Origin: Trichoplax sp. H2
Taxonomy: Eukaryota
Direction: 5' to 3'
Assembly: GCA_003344405.1 (NCBI GenBank)
Contig: NOWV01000115.1
Coordinates: 1-64,000, forward strand
DNA: 64,000 bases
Shown: piece after piece, positions 1 to 14,600 of the stretch
Position numbering within the stretch: the stretch's first letter is position 1
How the letters are laid out: the number at the start of each line of letters is the position of its first letter
Notes under the pieces: model-generated
Told to the model about the DNA's origin: nothing
What the model saw: only the letters and a program-made list of their open reading frames with translations
Databases searched by the model: none
Translations under genes and position numbers: made by a program

Positions 1-654
1 ATAACTAGAGATTTCTATATTGTTACAGATATGGCAACCTATAATAATATTTTAATATTTATATCAAAATATTATTTATTTCCCCTCGAGCTCCGTCACA
101 AATGTACGGTAGATATTTATCCTAAGAGATAATTGGTAGCTATAACTATAGTCTGTAGTGGTACAGACTCTATGCTAGAGTACAGATGACTATATACAGT
201 AAGGTGTTGAGTAACTAATAAGGCTATAGGTAAAAATAGAACTGTAAATCATATATTAGGATATGGTTAATTCATTTTACTTTTGGTTGGTGTGAATAAT
301 GTCTGCGTAAGTACTGTAGTCGTATCCATATTGGATTAATGATGGTCCGCAGTAGAATAGTCTTACTAAGAATAATTTAACTATGTGTAAAATAAAGTAA
401 AAGGTTGCCATGCGGATTGTAGCTGCGAATGCTACGGAAAGTATAAAAGCATGCAACCTTAGATTATTCTGTTAGCTCGTTGTAGAAGTCTTTAGTAGTA
501 GTATTCGGCTAGAGTAGATCTGTGGGTAGTTAATCTTTGTATAAGATTCAATAAAGCCCTTATTTTTCTAAAATTTGGAATTTCGTGGTTGATATATACC
601 ACACACTTTTGCGTAAAATAAGTATAACACATCACCTATACTATTAATAATTAG

Positions 655-1900
655 GAATGCTATTAAAGCAAGTATTTCAAGTGATACTGGAGCCGTTATT
701 ACTACACATTCTATGGAGGAAGCCGATGCTTTATGCTCGCGCGTGGCTATCATGGTGCGGGGCCAATTACGGTGTGGAAAATATCATAATAACGATATCT
801 AAATCTATATCTATGTTTATAAATGTTTATAATAATAGCTATAAGGAAAATAGTTTTAATTATGTCTGTATCTATATCTATCCAAATATTTAAAGCAACT
901 ATATGGAAAATATCTAATTTAATAACTAGAGATTTCTATACCTTGTACTACAGCATATGAGACACTCACCTATTTCAATATCAGTATTTCTAATATTTAT
1001 ATCTTAAATCCATAAATTATCTTAGTATTCCCCTCTGAATACTTATACTTACGCTAATTTCATCTAAATGTGTCTAAATTGAACAGTTAAAATTTTCTAT
1101 ACCTTTAGCTGCAGTATTTAAGATATTCATATATCTTTATATTGGCATTTTTAAATCCAAGAATTAAATTTGTATTATGCTCTGAATATGTTTAATTGTA
1201 GTTGCCTTGGTTCTACGCAACATTTGAAAAACAAGCATGGTGGTGGATATCACTTGGAAATTAAATACGCATCGAATGAAACAACTGCACATCAAGAAAG
1301 AGATTCATTCTATAGAGTCAATAATTTCGTTAAAACAGTCTTTCCAAATGCAGCCATCACGGAACATTTTTCTCACCGAATTGTCTATAAGATTCCATCA
1401 TCTAACGTGACTTCGTTGGCAAATTCCTTTTCTTCATTAGAAGCAGGTCTTTAATGTTATTATATAAAATTTTATCAACCATTTGTAGTATAACGCTTAC
1501 TCAATCATCCGTAATGGCTAATTAATCATGTATCCTGATCATTTATAGATTTATAGCCTAGTATCACCTTAGATTAATTTCTCTGATAAAGACTTTGATT
1601 ATTTACAGCTTTTATTGATCTTATATCTATTACTTGGTATTTTATGTAGATAAAACCAAAGTTGGGATAGTTGAATATTCCTTCAGCCAGTCTAGTCTAG
1701 AACAGGTTAGCATGACAACTGATTAATTTTAAAAAACTAAAACTAAACTATGTATAATATTCTTGACCGTAATATAATGCAATGATTTTGATTACAATTT
1801 TGAATGAATGCAGGTCTTTTTGGAATTTGCTAAGAAGCAAGAAGATAAAGATGAAGTATCAAGATCTCGTACAGGAACCAGTAATGATATTATAGTTTAA
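655..1900 (+). CDS. 3' end (last 4 coding exons) of an ABC transporter subfamily A (ABCA5-like) gene; the 5' part lies upstream of the window
   Basis: Exons 655-771, 1202-1446, 1650-1705 and 1814-1900 have GT-AG boundaries in consistent phase. They give [60 protein letters not shown]...[68 protein letters not shown] and [14 protein letters not shown] are ABCA NBD2/C-terminal hallmarks. Confidence 0.93.
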
Positions 1901-4672
1901 AAAATTGCTCAATTTCATATGAAAGGATAACAAAAGCCCTTGCCTTTTGACAGCATATTATCATATGTAAAAAGCATTTATTTTAGTTAACACAGAGAAA
2001 AAAGCCTTATAGATTAGTTATTATTTTATTTACGTTTCTGTGTAATTGTACATTCACTGTCCTGATTGCATAGATTTCATAATTTGAGTATTTCGATACT
2101 CATATCTGAAATAAAATGGCTATCGAGCATTTTATTTTTATGCGATGTAATTTAGCAGCATGAAATGGTAATATAGTAGACTAATGGTGAATTTTACAAA
2201 ATATAAGGTAAACATGTTGCTAAACTACCGGTGTATCTTGAATTATAGCTGAGGTTTATTCCTTTAACATTAATATGAAATCATCGATTTTTTAAGATAA
2301 TGTGAAAGATGAGCATTATCTAGATTTTACTGAATCTATTATTGCTTTCATTATGTATTATTTCTCATCGTGTAGCGAATTACTCATTAATTTTACTTAT
2401 GCACTTCAATATAAATACCAAATTTATGAATTTTTTAGGATGATACGGAAGATAAATATCGATTATCATCTATGAAATTTGAGTCATATATTCATTTTAT
2501 GTTGTCTTTTCTGATGTGATATCTTTTATACTTTATCTAGTTTACTAGTTATTAATGTTTCGTATTTACTTCTCAATAAACGTATCGACATAAAACAGTA
2601 AACTTTTTAAATTAAGCCATAGGAAATATGTTAACAGTATTAAATATGAACCAATACTTGGTGCTGTATGTACATCATATCAGATTCTAATTCATAGATG
2701 GCATAATTTCTTAACTTGGACCACCAGTTATTTCAACGTAACTTAGATTATATATACTTAAATAAGGTAGTAAATAGACTGCATATGACCTTAATTAAAT
2801 AAGTGAAACAAATACATATCTGATCTAATTTTCTACTGTTTGTTAAAATGAAATAACAATAGCACCATTTGTAATTACTAAAATATATTTGATGAATTTT
2901 CTCTTTTACCCAGTCCTATATATCCTGACCACGTTGGATTCCTGTAGAAATATATTACAGATAACTAGAATATAAGAAAATAATACATGCTTCACATTGC
3001 AGCTACACTTTTTTGCTATAATTTTTCCGATAGCAGATACAGCCACTAATAATCAGAATTTATTAATATACCACCTAAAGTATGTAAAAAGAGCACATCT
3101 ATCCACAAGCCCAATTAAATAATCTTTGGTCATCGATATTTATGCAATATCAGATAACTTGAAATATGCTTGATTTCACACATGTTAAAAAATTACAGAA
3201 ATCTATGTCATTTAGCGTAATCTAAGTACAGGCGTAAAGAACTGAAAACTATAATGTATGTTCTATTCAGATACTAGTAATTAATCAGATAGAGATTATG
3301 AGCTCATTTACTTGCTCTTGTTTCTGATCAGTAATCATGATATTGATTTACTTAGATACGATTCCTACTTAGGTATCCAGAATTTATAATAATTTATCTA
3401 GTTTTATAACATGTTCTATATTATTTGTTCGCGTATTGAGAGAGACTCCATAATGCATATGATGCTCATTTAAATCTCCTGTCCACTAGATCAATATTTG
3501 TTTTCAATTTTGCATAAGATTAAAGATATGTTGGCAATGGGCACGGTAAGCTACTTATTGAAGGCTATTACAATTGTTAACTGTGTAAATTAAATTAATT
3601 TCCGGTTACTATTTGAATCACCAAAAAATAAAAATACTTTTACCATGAAGTAAGTGAATAAAATTTGTCGAATCATTAGTAGTTTAATCTCTGATTGATT
3701 TTATCATATTTTTGAAAATTTAGCTAGAATATATATCGGTGCTGCACTACGATTGATTTTAATGTCGTCAATAAGGAAACTAATGAGCTGTCTGTCTTAA
3801 TAATCCTGAATCAGCAATATATAGTTAGGAAACAAATTAAACTGTTCGACTTAGTACTTATAAATTCTGCAAATTAATTTTTAAAGCCCATCTGTAAATA
3901 CTTTACTGGTACGTTTTTTATAATAAATATGCTATCTATTTACAAAGAATTTAAATAAAAAAATATCTCAAACCGTAAAACTTGCTACTTTATAGGAAGT
4001 TGTTTATTCGAATTCCTAACTATTAATTAGTTTTAGGACAACATTTAGTAGATTGTATCTGATATCGATAGTTTATTGCACGAGATTTCCTATAATTTCA
4101 GTATTCTAAGGTAACGTTAATTGATATTTTATTACTTACCGCTTAAGATCACGTCAATTTTAGTTCTAATAAAAGATCCATTACCATCCTCATTCCTAAA
4201 AAAGTCAGTAGTTACTTTAATAAAATCTCTCAAACTATGAAATGACGTAATATTATACGTGTATCCGGTATTTGTTTGTAAATTACATCAAGAAAATCAA
4301 AATAAATAATAACAACAATGAAAAAAAAGAATAAATAGCTTAAATAGCTTATATACCAAGTAATCCTTAATACGATATAAAAATTTATCATTTATTTATA
4401 GCTCTCTGAGATAGTTCAGAATATAACTAGGCCTAATTAGGAGCGCAATCTGATACAGCGAAAAATTGGAGGTTTATCCAGACATCAATAGAAACAATTG
4501 CTAAGTTTTTGATATTAAGTTTTACGTACGTTTTCATTTAATTTTCCTTCATTACTTTTGGGAGATAATAGTTTGTTACTAAGTGGTATAACTTTACTTT
4601 CATTGAGTTATTAATTGAAAAGATGGAAAGTAATATGTTCAGCTAATGGAAAGTAGCATATAATATTTTAAT

Positions 4673-5385
4673 TTTCAAGCAAGAACTATTCCAGTAATTT
4701 TACGTCAGGATTGATATTAGTTTCAAATAAATATCTTTTACCTGCAACGAAGTTTGTTATTCTATTGCATGGAAAAAATGATCCAATTTCAATTACTACT
4801 TCTTTTAGACTTACAGTGCATATTTTTACGGCAGTAATACATGTGATAAGTATAAAAGTTTCATAATTGAACTGATCATATCAACTTTTTTGGAATAAAG
4901 CAGAGAATAATTTCCTTATTTGCAACCCAAAGCATCGAAAATATAGCAAGACGAATGTCACGGTACGAACTACCGTGAAGAAATAGCTATCTAAATTTGG
5001 TTAATATAGTATAGTGATATTATATTACAACTAGTTACTTACAATAGGAATTACTCTAATTATAAATGTGTTACAGTAAATNNNNNNNNNNNNNNNNNNN
5101 NTTTCAAGCAAGAACTATTCCAGTAATTTTACGTCAGGATTGATATTAGTTTCAAATAAATATCTTTTACCTGCAACGTAGTTTGTTATTCTATTGCATG
5201 GAAAAAATGATCCAATTTCAATTACTACTTCTTTTAGACTTACAGTACATACTTTTACGGTAGTAATACATGTGATAAGTATAAAAGTAACATAATTGAA
5301 CTGATCATATCAACTTTTTTGGAATAAAGCAGAGAATAATTTCCTTATTTGTAACCCAAAGCATCGAAAATATAGCAAGACGAAT
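4673..5385 (+). repeat. ~284-bp near-identical direct duplication (4673-4956 and 5102-5385) flanking the gap; probably an uncollapsed haplotype overlap
   Basis: Both copies run tttcaagcaagaactattcc...gcaagacgaat with about 7 substitutions. The second copy starts exactly at the gap edge. Confidence 0.9.
5082..5101. other. Assembly gap (20 N)
   Basis: Run of N in the sequence. Confidence 1.
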
Positions 5386-8300
5386 AAGACCGATCATCAT
5401 AAATAAGGGCTATAAAATGGTCTTCCATCTTGACAGGTAATATTAAATATACTATACTTTAAAAATCAATATTCCAGAAAACGTAATTCCTGATTGGAAA
5501 GCTAACAATAATTAATATCAATTTCTTAACATCAATGACGTGTAGAAGTCAATGCTAGAAAATTTCACGCAATAATATTAATCATAAATGAATGTAGAGT
5601 GAATGTAATTGAAATCAAAATAATAACGTTTAGGGTTGGATGGTCATTCCATTACGAAGGTTTCATATAATTGACAGTTTCTAGTAATTATCGTTTGCAC
5701 CAAAAGCTATAAAAAAAGATTACTAATATATGAAAAATCTGATATGAAATTTCCTGTAAAATGGCATAGATTTTAAAAAGAGCAGTACGATGCAAAATTT
5801 ATTTTGATAACCGCGAAAGTTATGGCCGTATTTATAACCATACTTCATCAATTTTTAATTTTCGTATAATATTAGTATGAAAGACTTCCATCTAGTGATA
5901 AAATTGATTAATTAAAATAGTGAATTTAGATATTCAGAGTTTCGTTTTGAAAATTACTTACATAATATTTGGACTGATAAAATCACTTTATGATTTATTA
6001 ATAATATCAATCTACTCTATCCATCACATATGGCATTCATTAATAAGAGTCCCTAATATTCATTGCAAATTGATTTCCATTTTCAAGAGTTGTAGCTTTC
6101 CCATTGCGGTCTATTAAGAGAAGCGCTATGCTACCTCCAAGATTGTAAATGGCATAAACTTACTATAAAACCGCGAAAAGACATTAATGTTGTAGATTAT
6201 AATCCTAAAATATTTGAAGGCTTCCATAGCAAATCATCCATTATGATAGAATAGATGCAGTTTAAATATTAAATCTAGATTGATACGTTGACGTGACTAT
6301 ACAGTTTGCGGTTATGGTACTGTAAACCAATATCTAAATTATTGAATGCGCTAATGTTTCTTATATGATACTGAAAATTTATAATATGCGTACATTTCTG
6401 TGATTATTCATCGATGAGTCAATTCTCAGGTTAAATAGATGACTTTTAAAGATAATTATACCTGCAATAAGACATATATTTAGAGATTGTCATAATATCA
6501 CGGTAATCTCTAATGGCAATTTATAGTGACTTGTACAGGAAAGAATAAGCTCGAAAGTTTATAACTTCCGCTCAAATTTATAAGTGTTAAATACAGTAAA
6601 TGATAGGCAAGATTTACAGCCGTTTCCACTCCTTCAAAGAAAGCGAGCAGAAGAGTTAAAGATTTTAGGCTCTATAACTGAAACTATGATCAGACTACAA
6701 ATTAGCGTAATATGGCAATTAACTAATACTATTGCTTTTACTATTTAGCTCTTAAATTTTTTACCATAATCTCTACTAACCATCTAAAATTTTATTTTCT
6801 ATAACCATCTACTATTGTTATCAAGTGCATCTCCATTCAAATTTAAAGGCAATCTACCAGTAGAAACAAGCGCAATCAATTAAAATAATTCTAATATAAC
6901 GCGTTTTAGTCACTTTCATATGCAATAACAATAAAAAAAATTGTTTGGCAATTTAGTACTAAAAATTAGAGAAATTACTGTCATAATATTCTTAGCAAAA
7001 GGTATTATTCAAGCCCTTGCACAAAAGGAAAGATGTTGAATAGACGTAATGGATGACTGTTTGGATTGATATTGTAGAATAGTCAAAAGGGATAATTAGG
7101 ATCGAATTTCTAAGACATTAAAAACAATATTGAAATAAGATAAGATAAGATTGTTATGTAATCGTAGCAGTTATAAGTTGCACAAAGCAGTACTTGATAT
7201 GGATAATGCTAGATACATAGATTAGTATTGAATTTACGTACCTAATCCATTTTGCTAAAATGCTTAATAGCAACTCAAATAATTTATAGTTCTAACTACA
7301 GCAATCGCGTTGAATGAGGTTTAGGTTCAGTGACTAATTATCTATATTTACCAGATTACTTCCAAAATATATAGTGAAAGTTTTAATCTATGTAGAGTTA
7401 AAATGATAACAAATAAATTTTTTTTACACTCATCTTTTATTTTTAGCCTACTACTGACACGAGTGTATAGCAAATAATGAAAATACACTAGCTAAAAAAA
7501 AGCAATACCTTAGATATCATAATGATGATCAAAAGTCTACGTCGGACAAACTAAGCTTCAGTAAATTGTAGATTTGATGCTGTATTGTTATAATTACATC
7601 TTTCATGGCAAGGATTCCGCAGCACCTTCGCGTACAGATAGGAATCAAATATTAAAATTTTACGTTTATCTATTTATCCTATTTAGTATCTACCAATACC
7701 AATATTGAAGTTAGAATACAAATTTGTTAAGCTCTATATATGGAAATAATTTAAGCTCATAGACGCTTCGCTAAGTATCAAATAAATAGAATTAATTATT
7801 AAAAAATGTCTAAGTCTTGGTTTAGCCATAGGCATGATGATATTATGACTTTAAGATTGATGCACATTTCGATATTATCAATATGTTAGACAAGTATAAT
7901 AAATCCAAAACAGAAAGGCAATAATAAATGCGTTTATGTTAAATGCGTTTAAGTTATTTCAATGTAATACGCTTTTAATATATCAAAATAAATTAAGGAC
8001 TTATCCGCAGAAGCTGGTGCATAATTACTGCTAAGAGAAATTACAGTGAGGTATAGAAAGAAAACCTGCTTCTCTTCTCTTACTAGCAGAGACTATTAGC
8101 CTAATATAACAAAATCGGATAAACAGGAAATAATATGCAAAGCTTTTTAAGACAAACTACGTTACCAAAATTGCAATCAACTAAAGTGATGTACTACCTA
8201 TCAATATGAAAAGGTATTAGTATTTACTGTAATCAGAGTGCAGCTGCTTTTGGCTTTATTTTAAGTTGCTATTCTTCAAGGCAAATATTAATAACTTTCA

Positions 8301-11300
8301 ATTTAGCTTCATTAAAGTCTATTCAAATTTTTAATGTGGGTTAGAATATGTGTACGTCATTGCATAGGTACAAGTAAAAGTGACTATTAAAGTTCCGAAC
8401 TTATTGATATTTTCTAACGTATGCTTTTTCAAGTAAATATAAAAACAGCAATGCAGACGACACCGTAGTCACAAACATAATGGATAGTATAAAGAAGCAG
8501 TCGCTAAGATAAACATAAATATATCTAAAAACTTATAGCTAACTCAATGAAAGTTTAATCCGTGCAATCATATGTAAGATGTTCGAATAAGATATTAAGT
8601 TTATATCGATGAATATAATTAAGCTAAGAGTTTTACATTAACTTCCAAAGCTCTTTTAAGCTATTTTATGTTTAAACAGGAATATATTGCAAACAGCTTT
8701 CAGTTTAATCCATAAAACTCTTTAATAATTATTCGTATCAAAGAATGGTATATATTATTACAATGATAAGCCTTGCTATGAATATAACAATTACGCTCAT
8801 ATTCTCTAAATAGTATCTGATTAAGTAAGGATAAGATTTTAGTCTAGATCTAATCGAATCTATGAGGTAATATTATGGTTGAAAATAAAAATTTTATGAT
8901 TTTGAATGATAGCATCTATTTAGCAAATTAAGATTTTTACTGCAATTTTATTCACATTGAAATATGAATACGCATTTATAGCAATATACTATGTAATAGA
9001 TATAGTAATGCTTGTTAAGCAGATACCTACCAAATTTTACATTTATAAAATATTATAAGATTCTAATCTATTTATGATCGTAAACATGACGTGACGTTCT
9101 GGCTTAAAATATGAGCATAGCGGTTGTCGCAATATCTAATTAAGCTAAAGTATGACTAGTTTATTCATAGCTGAGTTCTTAGAAATATTTAAAGTTGTTT
9201 TCAGAACAAAATATGAATGGTATTATTATACTGTAGCATTAACTTGAATTTTAAATCTGATATACATCTAGCAGGAGGAAAGCTTCGCTGAATTATAAAA
9301 AACTATGCTTATCGGGAAGCTGAATTAATGTATTTAAATGATTTTCCCCCAAAATAGTGCAAATTTTAATCAAGGTCATTTGCAGCACCGATCTAATGTT
9401 TTCCTTGCACACCTGTACTTCTAACTAAACATTTTACCTCAATATCTATACCTTATCTATAGATTTATAAAATACGTCGGCTTGTATTGCATGAATAATA
9501 TATGCAATCAAAGGGGATATTATATGATATAAATACAATTACATCCATAATGAAGCCGCAGCTTTAATATATATATTTGTAGAGTACTTGTGAATAGCTT
9601 TATTTCATTTAGTTTAGCAGATGAGTTAACGATATTAAATGAAATTGAATGCTCAGTCACAATCTTCACTTAGCCATAGTGTTTTTGCAATATTGCTAAC
9701 AGTAACTATGAATACATTACTTACTCTTTCTGTTTTTCTAACTAGCAATTATCCCAAAGATGTACATAATTAAAATATTTTTCATTCGCTTAGTATCCTT
9801 TGCAGATTTATCAAATATAAAATTTATAATAAAAAGATTTTATAAACCTCTAGACGAAGATTAAACTCTATGAATTATCATATATGTTTTAAAATCTAAC
9901 CATTCGCGACGTAAAGGCTTACGGAATCTGTGACATTATATGTGCATATATTGTCTATGTGAATATGCGTGTACAAAGCAGGTATAAACATATTTATGTT
10001 AAAGAAGGTCAGGGATGAATTGATTGTTAATAATAGAATATTAACAATATCATCGTTGAGAATAATAAAATGATATGCGGGTAAAACAATGCAAGCAACA
10101 AGACACCAATAAGACATGACTTTAATAATAACTGATTAAATAAGGGCAATCGCCATTTCAATTTTATGGCTGGTGATTTTTAATCCTGATTTTCTTTGAT
10201 ATCTAATGCTTAATTTCTAAATCTATGCATTAGGTACTAAACACTAAATGTTGACGTTTATTAATTTATTGTGACGGATAAACATTGAAAAATAGGAATG
10301 AAATTGATATTTGATTATTGTTTTTATTACAAGCCCGATCGATAGTTGTTATGCATTAATTATAACATCGTTTAATTATAACGAGATGATAGGTCAAGGT
10401 GGTATAAAGTAAATCTTATAGGGCTATAGGGCTAGTAAGTGATATGATCAATTTTAAGGTTGGTCAATCGAGTCGAAATTATTACTTACTATAGAGTGCT
10501 TTAATTATTTTATGATAGTTATCATTTCAGTCATTTTCATCAAATAGGTGGGCAGTTAGAAAAGAATATAATTTGTGCGGCTTTTATAGATGATGAATTC
10601 AAGGTCAATCCTGAATGTTTTTGCATCAAACCATTAGTATTACTTTGTCAATCAGGGAATTTAACGAAATATTTGGTAATATTGCCTAACTCTTTACAAT
10701 TTATTGTAGGTATATAATAATCCATAAATTCAAGCTTAATCACAATAACTACAATGCGGTAACCTTAAATAACACCAGATGTTGTTTTTTATTGTGTTTT
10801 CTATAATTATTTATTTCGATTTCTATTTTCCAAGAAAATAGTTTTATAAATTTGTGATGATTTACTGCTATTCCAATACATTGTCTTTATTATCGCATGA
10901 TTCATATTGTTGACATTGCGATTTTCTACTCCCTATAGTTCGCAAATAATACATGTTATGGCTAACCTGTGTTTTATTACAGCTTTGCAATTATCTTACC
11001 ATTTGTAAAATATTTTAAACAATAGTATTAAAATTATTGACTTACATTAAGTCTTAGATTAAGTTTCCTATCAGACAGGGACTCGGACACTTTAGATCAA
11101 TTGCCAACATATTGGTAATATCAAGATACAGTTTTGTAGATAGAAGTCTTTTACCTTTCAATTGCTATCTCCATATGATGAAACCAAAATCAATTTCAAT
11201 ATATCTTTATGGCTGTAGTCCTCAATAGAATTGGGTTAGCATTATATAGTAACTTGTACTAATAAGATTGATGAATGTTTTGATCTAAAAGGTTAGTAAT

Positions 11301-13106
11301 CAAAAGCTTAATGGATAACAGCGATTTAATCTAAAATAGTTAGTTGAAGTTTTTAGTGATATGAGCATCCACTTAAGCTGTTACAGATTGATAGTTTTGT
11401 AAATTGATCGTATAGATTTACGATATTGCCCTAAGATTGTGTTATTCTTTCAAATTTGCATGATGTTAAATTAGGGTTAAATCAGCTTTTATCTCTTTAA
11501 AGTTTAGTGATTTTAAGAAATAAATTACAGCAACAGTTGCTGACAATCTCGTTGTTGTACCTTGATTAACCATCACAACAATTGAATCGAATTTCGTCAG
11601 TGATATCATCAACTTTATAGTGGAGAGAATTTTTGTAGTTGCACTTCTATTACTTCTTAGTGAGAAATTAATTTTCTTGTTCAATTAAACAGATTTAATT
11701 TTTTTTAATGCTAGGAAATAAATATTTATTGCTATCCAGAAAACTTCAGTCTTGACAAGTTTTGTAGAGTGTCGAATCAATCCCTGGCAGAATCCTTAAA
11801 AACCTTAAGAACATTCAAATTTCACTTGGACAGCATGAGATGCAAATATCGTAACTGATTTTAAGAAGAATCATCTATTAACTTTATATCAATTATTAAT
11901 ACAATTATTGAAAAAATTATTGATTTGGCTCGGAATAAACCACTTTTATACCTATCATTGGAATTTCGTGCTATAGGTTAATAACTTGCCACTCCAGTTG
12001 ACAGATGATAAATAGCGTAAGAGAAGATTGGAGATAATCTAACGCTAAAGATTACATGTAAATTGAATACTTTATTGATGAAATTGCGAAATATTGTTTG
12101 GATGAGAAAAATTTACTGATTATTATCGTAAGAACTGATGAAAGCAAGCATTCAAGTAATAGAGCAATCGTTGGATCATTTTCACTACAAGAAATTAATC
12201 GCTTCTGCATTAGTCTTCTATAATATAATGACTTATTTATTATAGCTGACTATTAGTCATTTGTGTTGCGTCTATTTCATTCGGTAAAGAAAAAATAGAA
12301 GAAACTTTAACTCCATATTTAAAGATCGATATCAGTATTTTCACTGTATTTGATATTATCAGCAGAAGCCCATCTTCTCCATACACAATAACCTGCTTGG
12401 CACTTTCCAAGATACAAAGTTTATTTAGCAACCTAAGGATAAGGAAGATAATTTTTTTTTACATTTTAGAGCTATAAGGAGATAACTTGAAAAAAATTGA
12501 TTTTGTCTATTTATTTTGGCTGTTATTTTTTATCCGCCATTAGTAGATTTCTATTTTTCAAGATATTCAGCCGAGGCCATTGTACTAACAAGAATTAATT
12601 GGATTTGATACCCTTCAGAAAAGGTGTTAACTTTCTAGTAAGCAACTAAAATATACAATAAAATTAATTAGAGTCTTCAATTGTCGAATGTTAAAAGAAA
12701 CGTCCTCGGTGGTCCTGTATAGATAAAAGTTTAATGCGTATAATGAATTAAGAACCATAAGATTGTACTGGGCTCTATTGCACCTTTAACCTATTTAGAA
12801 TCTTACAGCCTTTTACATATCCATTTTATCAAAATACAGTATATCAAGCTAACTTAGGCTCATTACCGTATTTCGTCAATAAACTGTATTGAAAATTCTT
12901 TACTTGAAACAAGCAGTGCAATCAGTCTTGATCATTACGAATTTGACGTATTAAAATATTTCATGATATACGACTAATCACTACTTTAAAAAGGAATTTA
13001 TCCAATTAAGTGCTACTATATCAATATATTTATGAACTTTATCTCTAAGTGTAAAGGTCAGTGTCAATTATACTGGTAACCTGCTACTGCTGCTTCGAAA
13101 ACCGTT

Positions 13107-14600
13107 ATGTCGCATAATTTTACGGAGTGGAGCTTGTTTGGCCAAATTCATCAATTACTGTCATACACGGATTTATTTCTTCCCGATAGTAAGCAACTTG
13201 ATATAATCATAGCGGTATTAACACCGATGATCATTATGGATATGATTGTGTGCCTTCTTGGTATACTAATTAATATATTTATCATCAAGATTGCGCTTCG
13301 TGATCAATCTAATTTAAATGCAATTCAATGCTTGCTCGTCAATCTATCTTTAAGTTATACAGTATGTATTATTTTAGTTCTGCTGCAAAAATTAACAGTG
13401 GAAATTATCATCAATGTTCAAGTGGATAATATCGATCCCAATCTAGTTCTTTACTTATGTAAAGCAGTTATGATTATACAATTAGCGATATATAATACGG
13501 CTATGATCACTTTATCCGTCATATGCATCGAGCAATTACGCCAAATATCATTAACCTTTGGTCGTAAGTTGAAGCGCAGTTTTACGTTGTCCTATGTTAT
13601 ACCTTCAACTTGGTTTATCGGGATTGCCATTGCGCTACCATTGATGAAATATGTTAATCCAACTGTACCTGAGGAATTATTTCTATGTGAAATTCAATAC
13701 AACGGTGATCTTATAGGAAGTTTAATCTATATCATTTTCCTCGTGATCATGATATATTTATTACCTGGAACACTGGTCGTAGTTTGTTATGGTAAAATTG
13801 CTTATAAAATGAAGCAGAGTGATTGGGGACGATCAAGTGGTAAGCGATTAGCCAGGCCACGAGTTCGCTTTTCATCATCGCAGCTCCCGCAACAACAACA
13901 ACATGGACCACAACAGGCACAGCCATCGCAACAATCACAGCAAATGCATCAATTACCTTTGCCTCGACGGCTGCCCAAGCTGCCTAGTCGTCGACGAAAT
14001 GAATCTCTACCACAGCTACAGCAGCCTCTAACGTCACAACCATCACAACAGCTAAATCAATGTTTACAGCAGCCTTTGGAATCACTCCAACAACTATCAT
14101 TGCAAAAATCGCAGCAGGATCAGCAGTCTCAGCAACCATCGCAATCTCAAACCCAACAAGAGGAACTTCAGCTACAGCCTGTTAAACTACAACGAAAGCG
14201 TATTTGTATTCGAAATAGGAATTCTCCACTTTATCAATTAACGCCACGTCAGAAGCAACGACTTGAAATTTTACGACGTCGGAAAACGAAGATTATTCGC
14301 ATGTTATATATCTTAATTGCATTGTATTTGCTTTTTACTACGATATGGATCATAGTAACTTTATTATCTATTTTTATCATTCCTCGTCATGATGATAGCT
14401 ATCATCACCTTTCTTATCTTGTGCCTATTTTGTTAGAATCTGGCGATTTATTCTTTCTTTCTTCCTGTATCAGTATACCATTCCTCAATATCATTTATAA
14501 TGATAAATTAAGGCAAGCATTGCCGACATGTTGGCGTTCGCATCGTCACTGGTCTATTAGTAATAACGTTATAACAGTTCGACCTGATCATTTAAAATAA
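13107..14600 (+). CDS. Intronless rhodopsin-like (class A) GPCR, 497 aa, with a long Gln/Pro/Ser-rich third intracellular loop
   Basis: Seven hydrophobic segments. TM1 GILIN, TM2 LVNLSLS, TM3 LCK, TM4 W..P (TWFIGIAIALP), ECL2 Cys (FLCE), TM5 YLLPGTLVVVCYGKI, TM7/H8 IPFLNIIYNDKLR. N-terminal NFT glycosylation site. Confidence 0.88.
   Translation: MSHNFTEWSLFGQIHQLLSYTDLFLPDSKQLDIIIAVLTPMIIMDMIVCLLGILINIFIIKIALRDQSNLNAIQCLLVNLSLSYTVCIILVLLQKLTVEIIINVQVDNIDPNLVLYLCKAVMIIQLAIYNTAMITLSVICIEQLRQISLTFGRKLKRSFTLSYVIPSTWFIGIAIALPLMKYVNPTVPEELFLCEIQYNGDLIGSLIYIIFLVIMIYLLPGTLVVVCYGKIAYKMKQSDWGRSSGKRLARPRVRFSSSQLPQQQQHGPQQAQPSQQSQQMHQLPLPRRLPKLPSRRRNESLPQLQQPLTSQPSQQLNQCLQQPLESLQQLSLQKSQQDQQSQQPSQSQTQQEELQLQPVKLQRKRICIRNRNSPLYQLTPRQKQRLEILRRRKTKIIRMLYILIALYLLFTTIWIIVTLLSIFIIPRHDDSYHHLSYLVPILLESGDLFFLSSCISIPFLNIIYNDKLRQALPTCWRSHRHWSISNNVITVRPDHLK

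Noticed and set aside
657-893. ORF-track 78-aa ORF
   Set aside because: Wrong frame; the true ABCA exon (TTHSMEEA) is read in another frame from 656 and ends at the donor at 772.
1901-13100. Short ORFs in the 11-kb AT-rich interval (5920, 9896, 11466, 12240) and in 58900-64000
   Set aside because: Low-complexity I/L/K/N composition, non-ATG starts in several, and no splice-consistent chain or recognisable domain.
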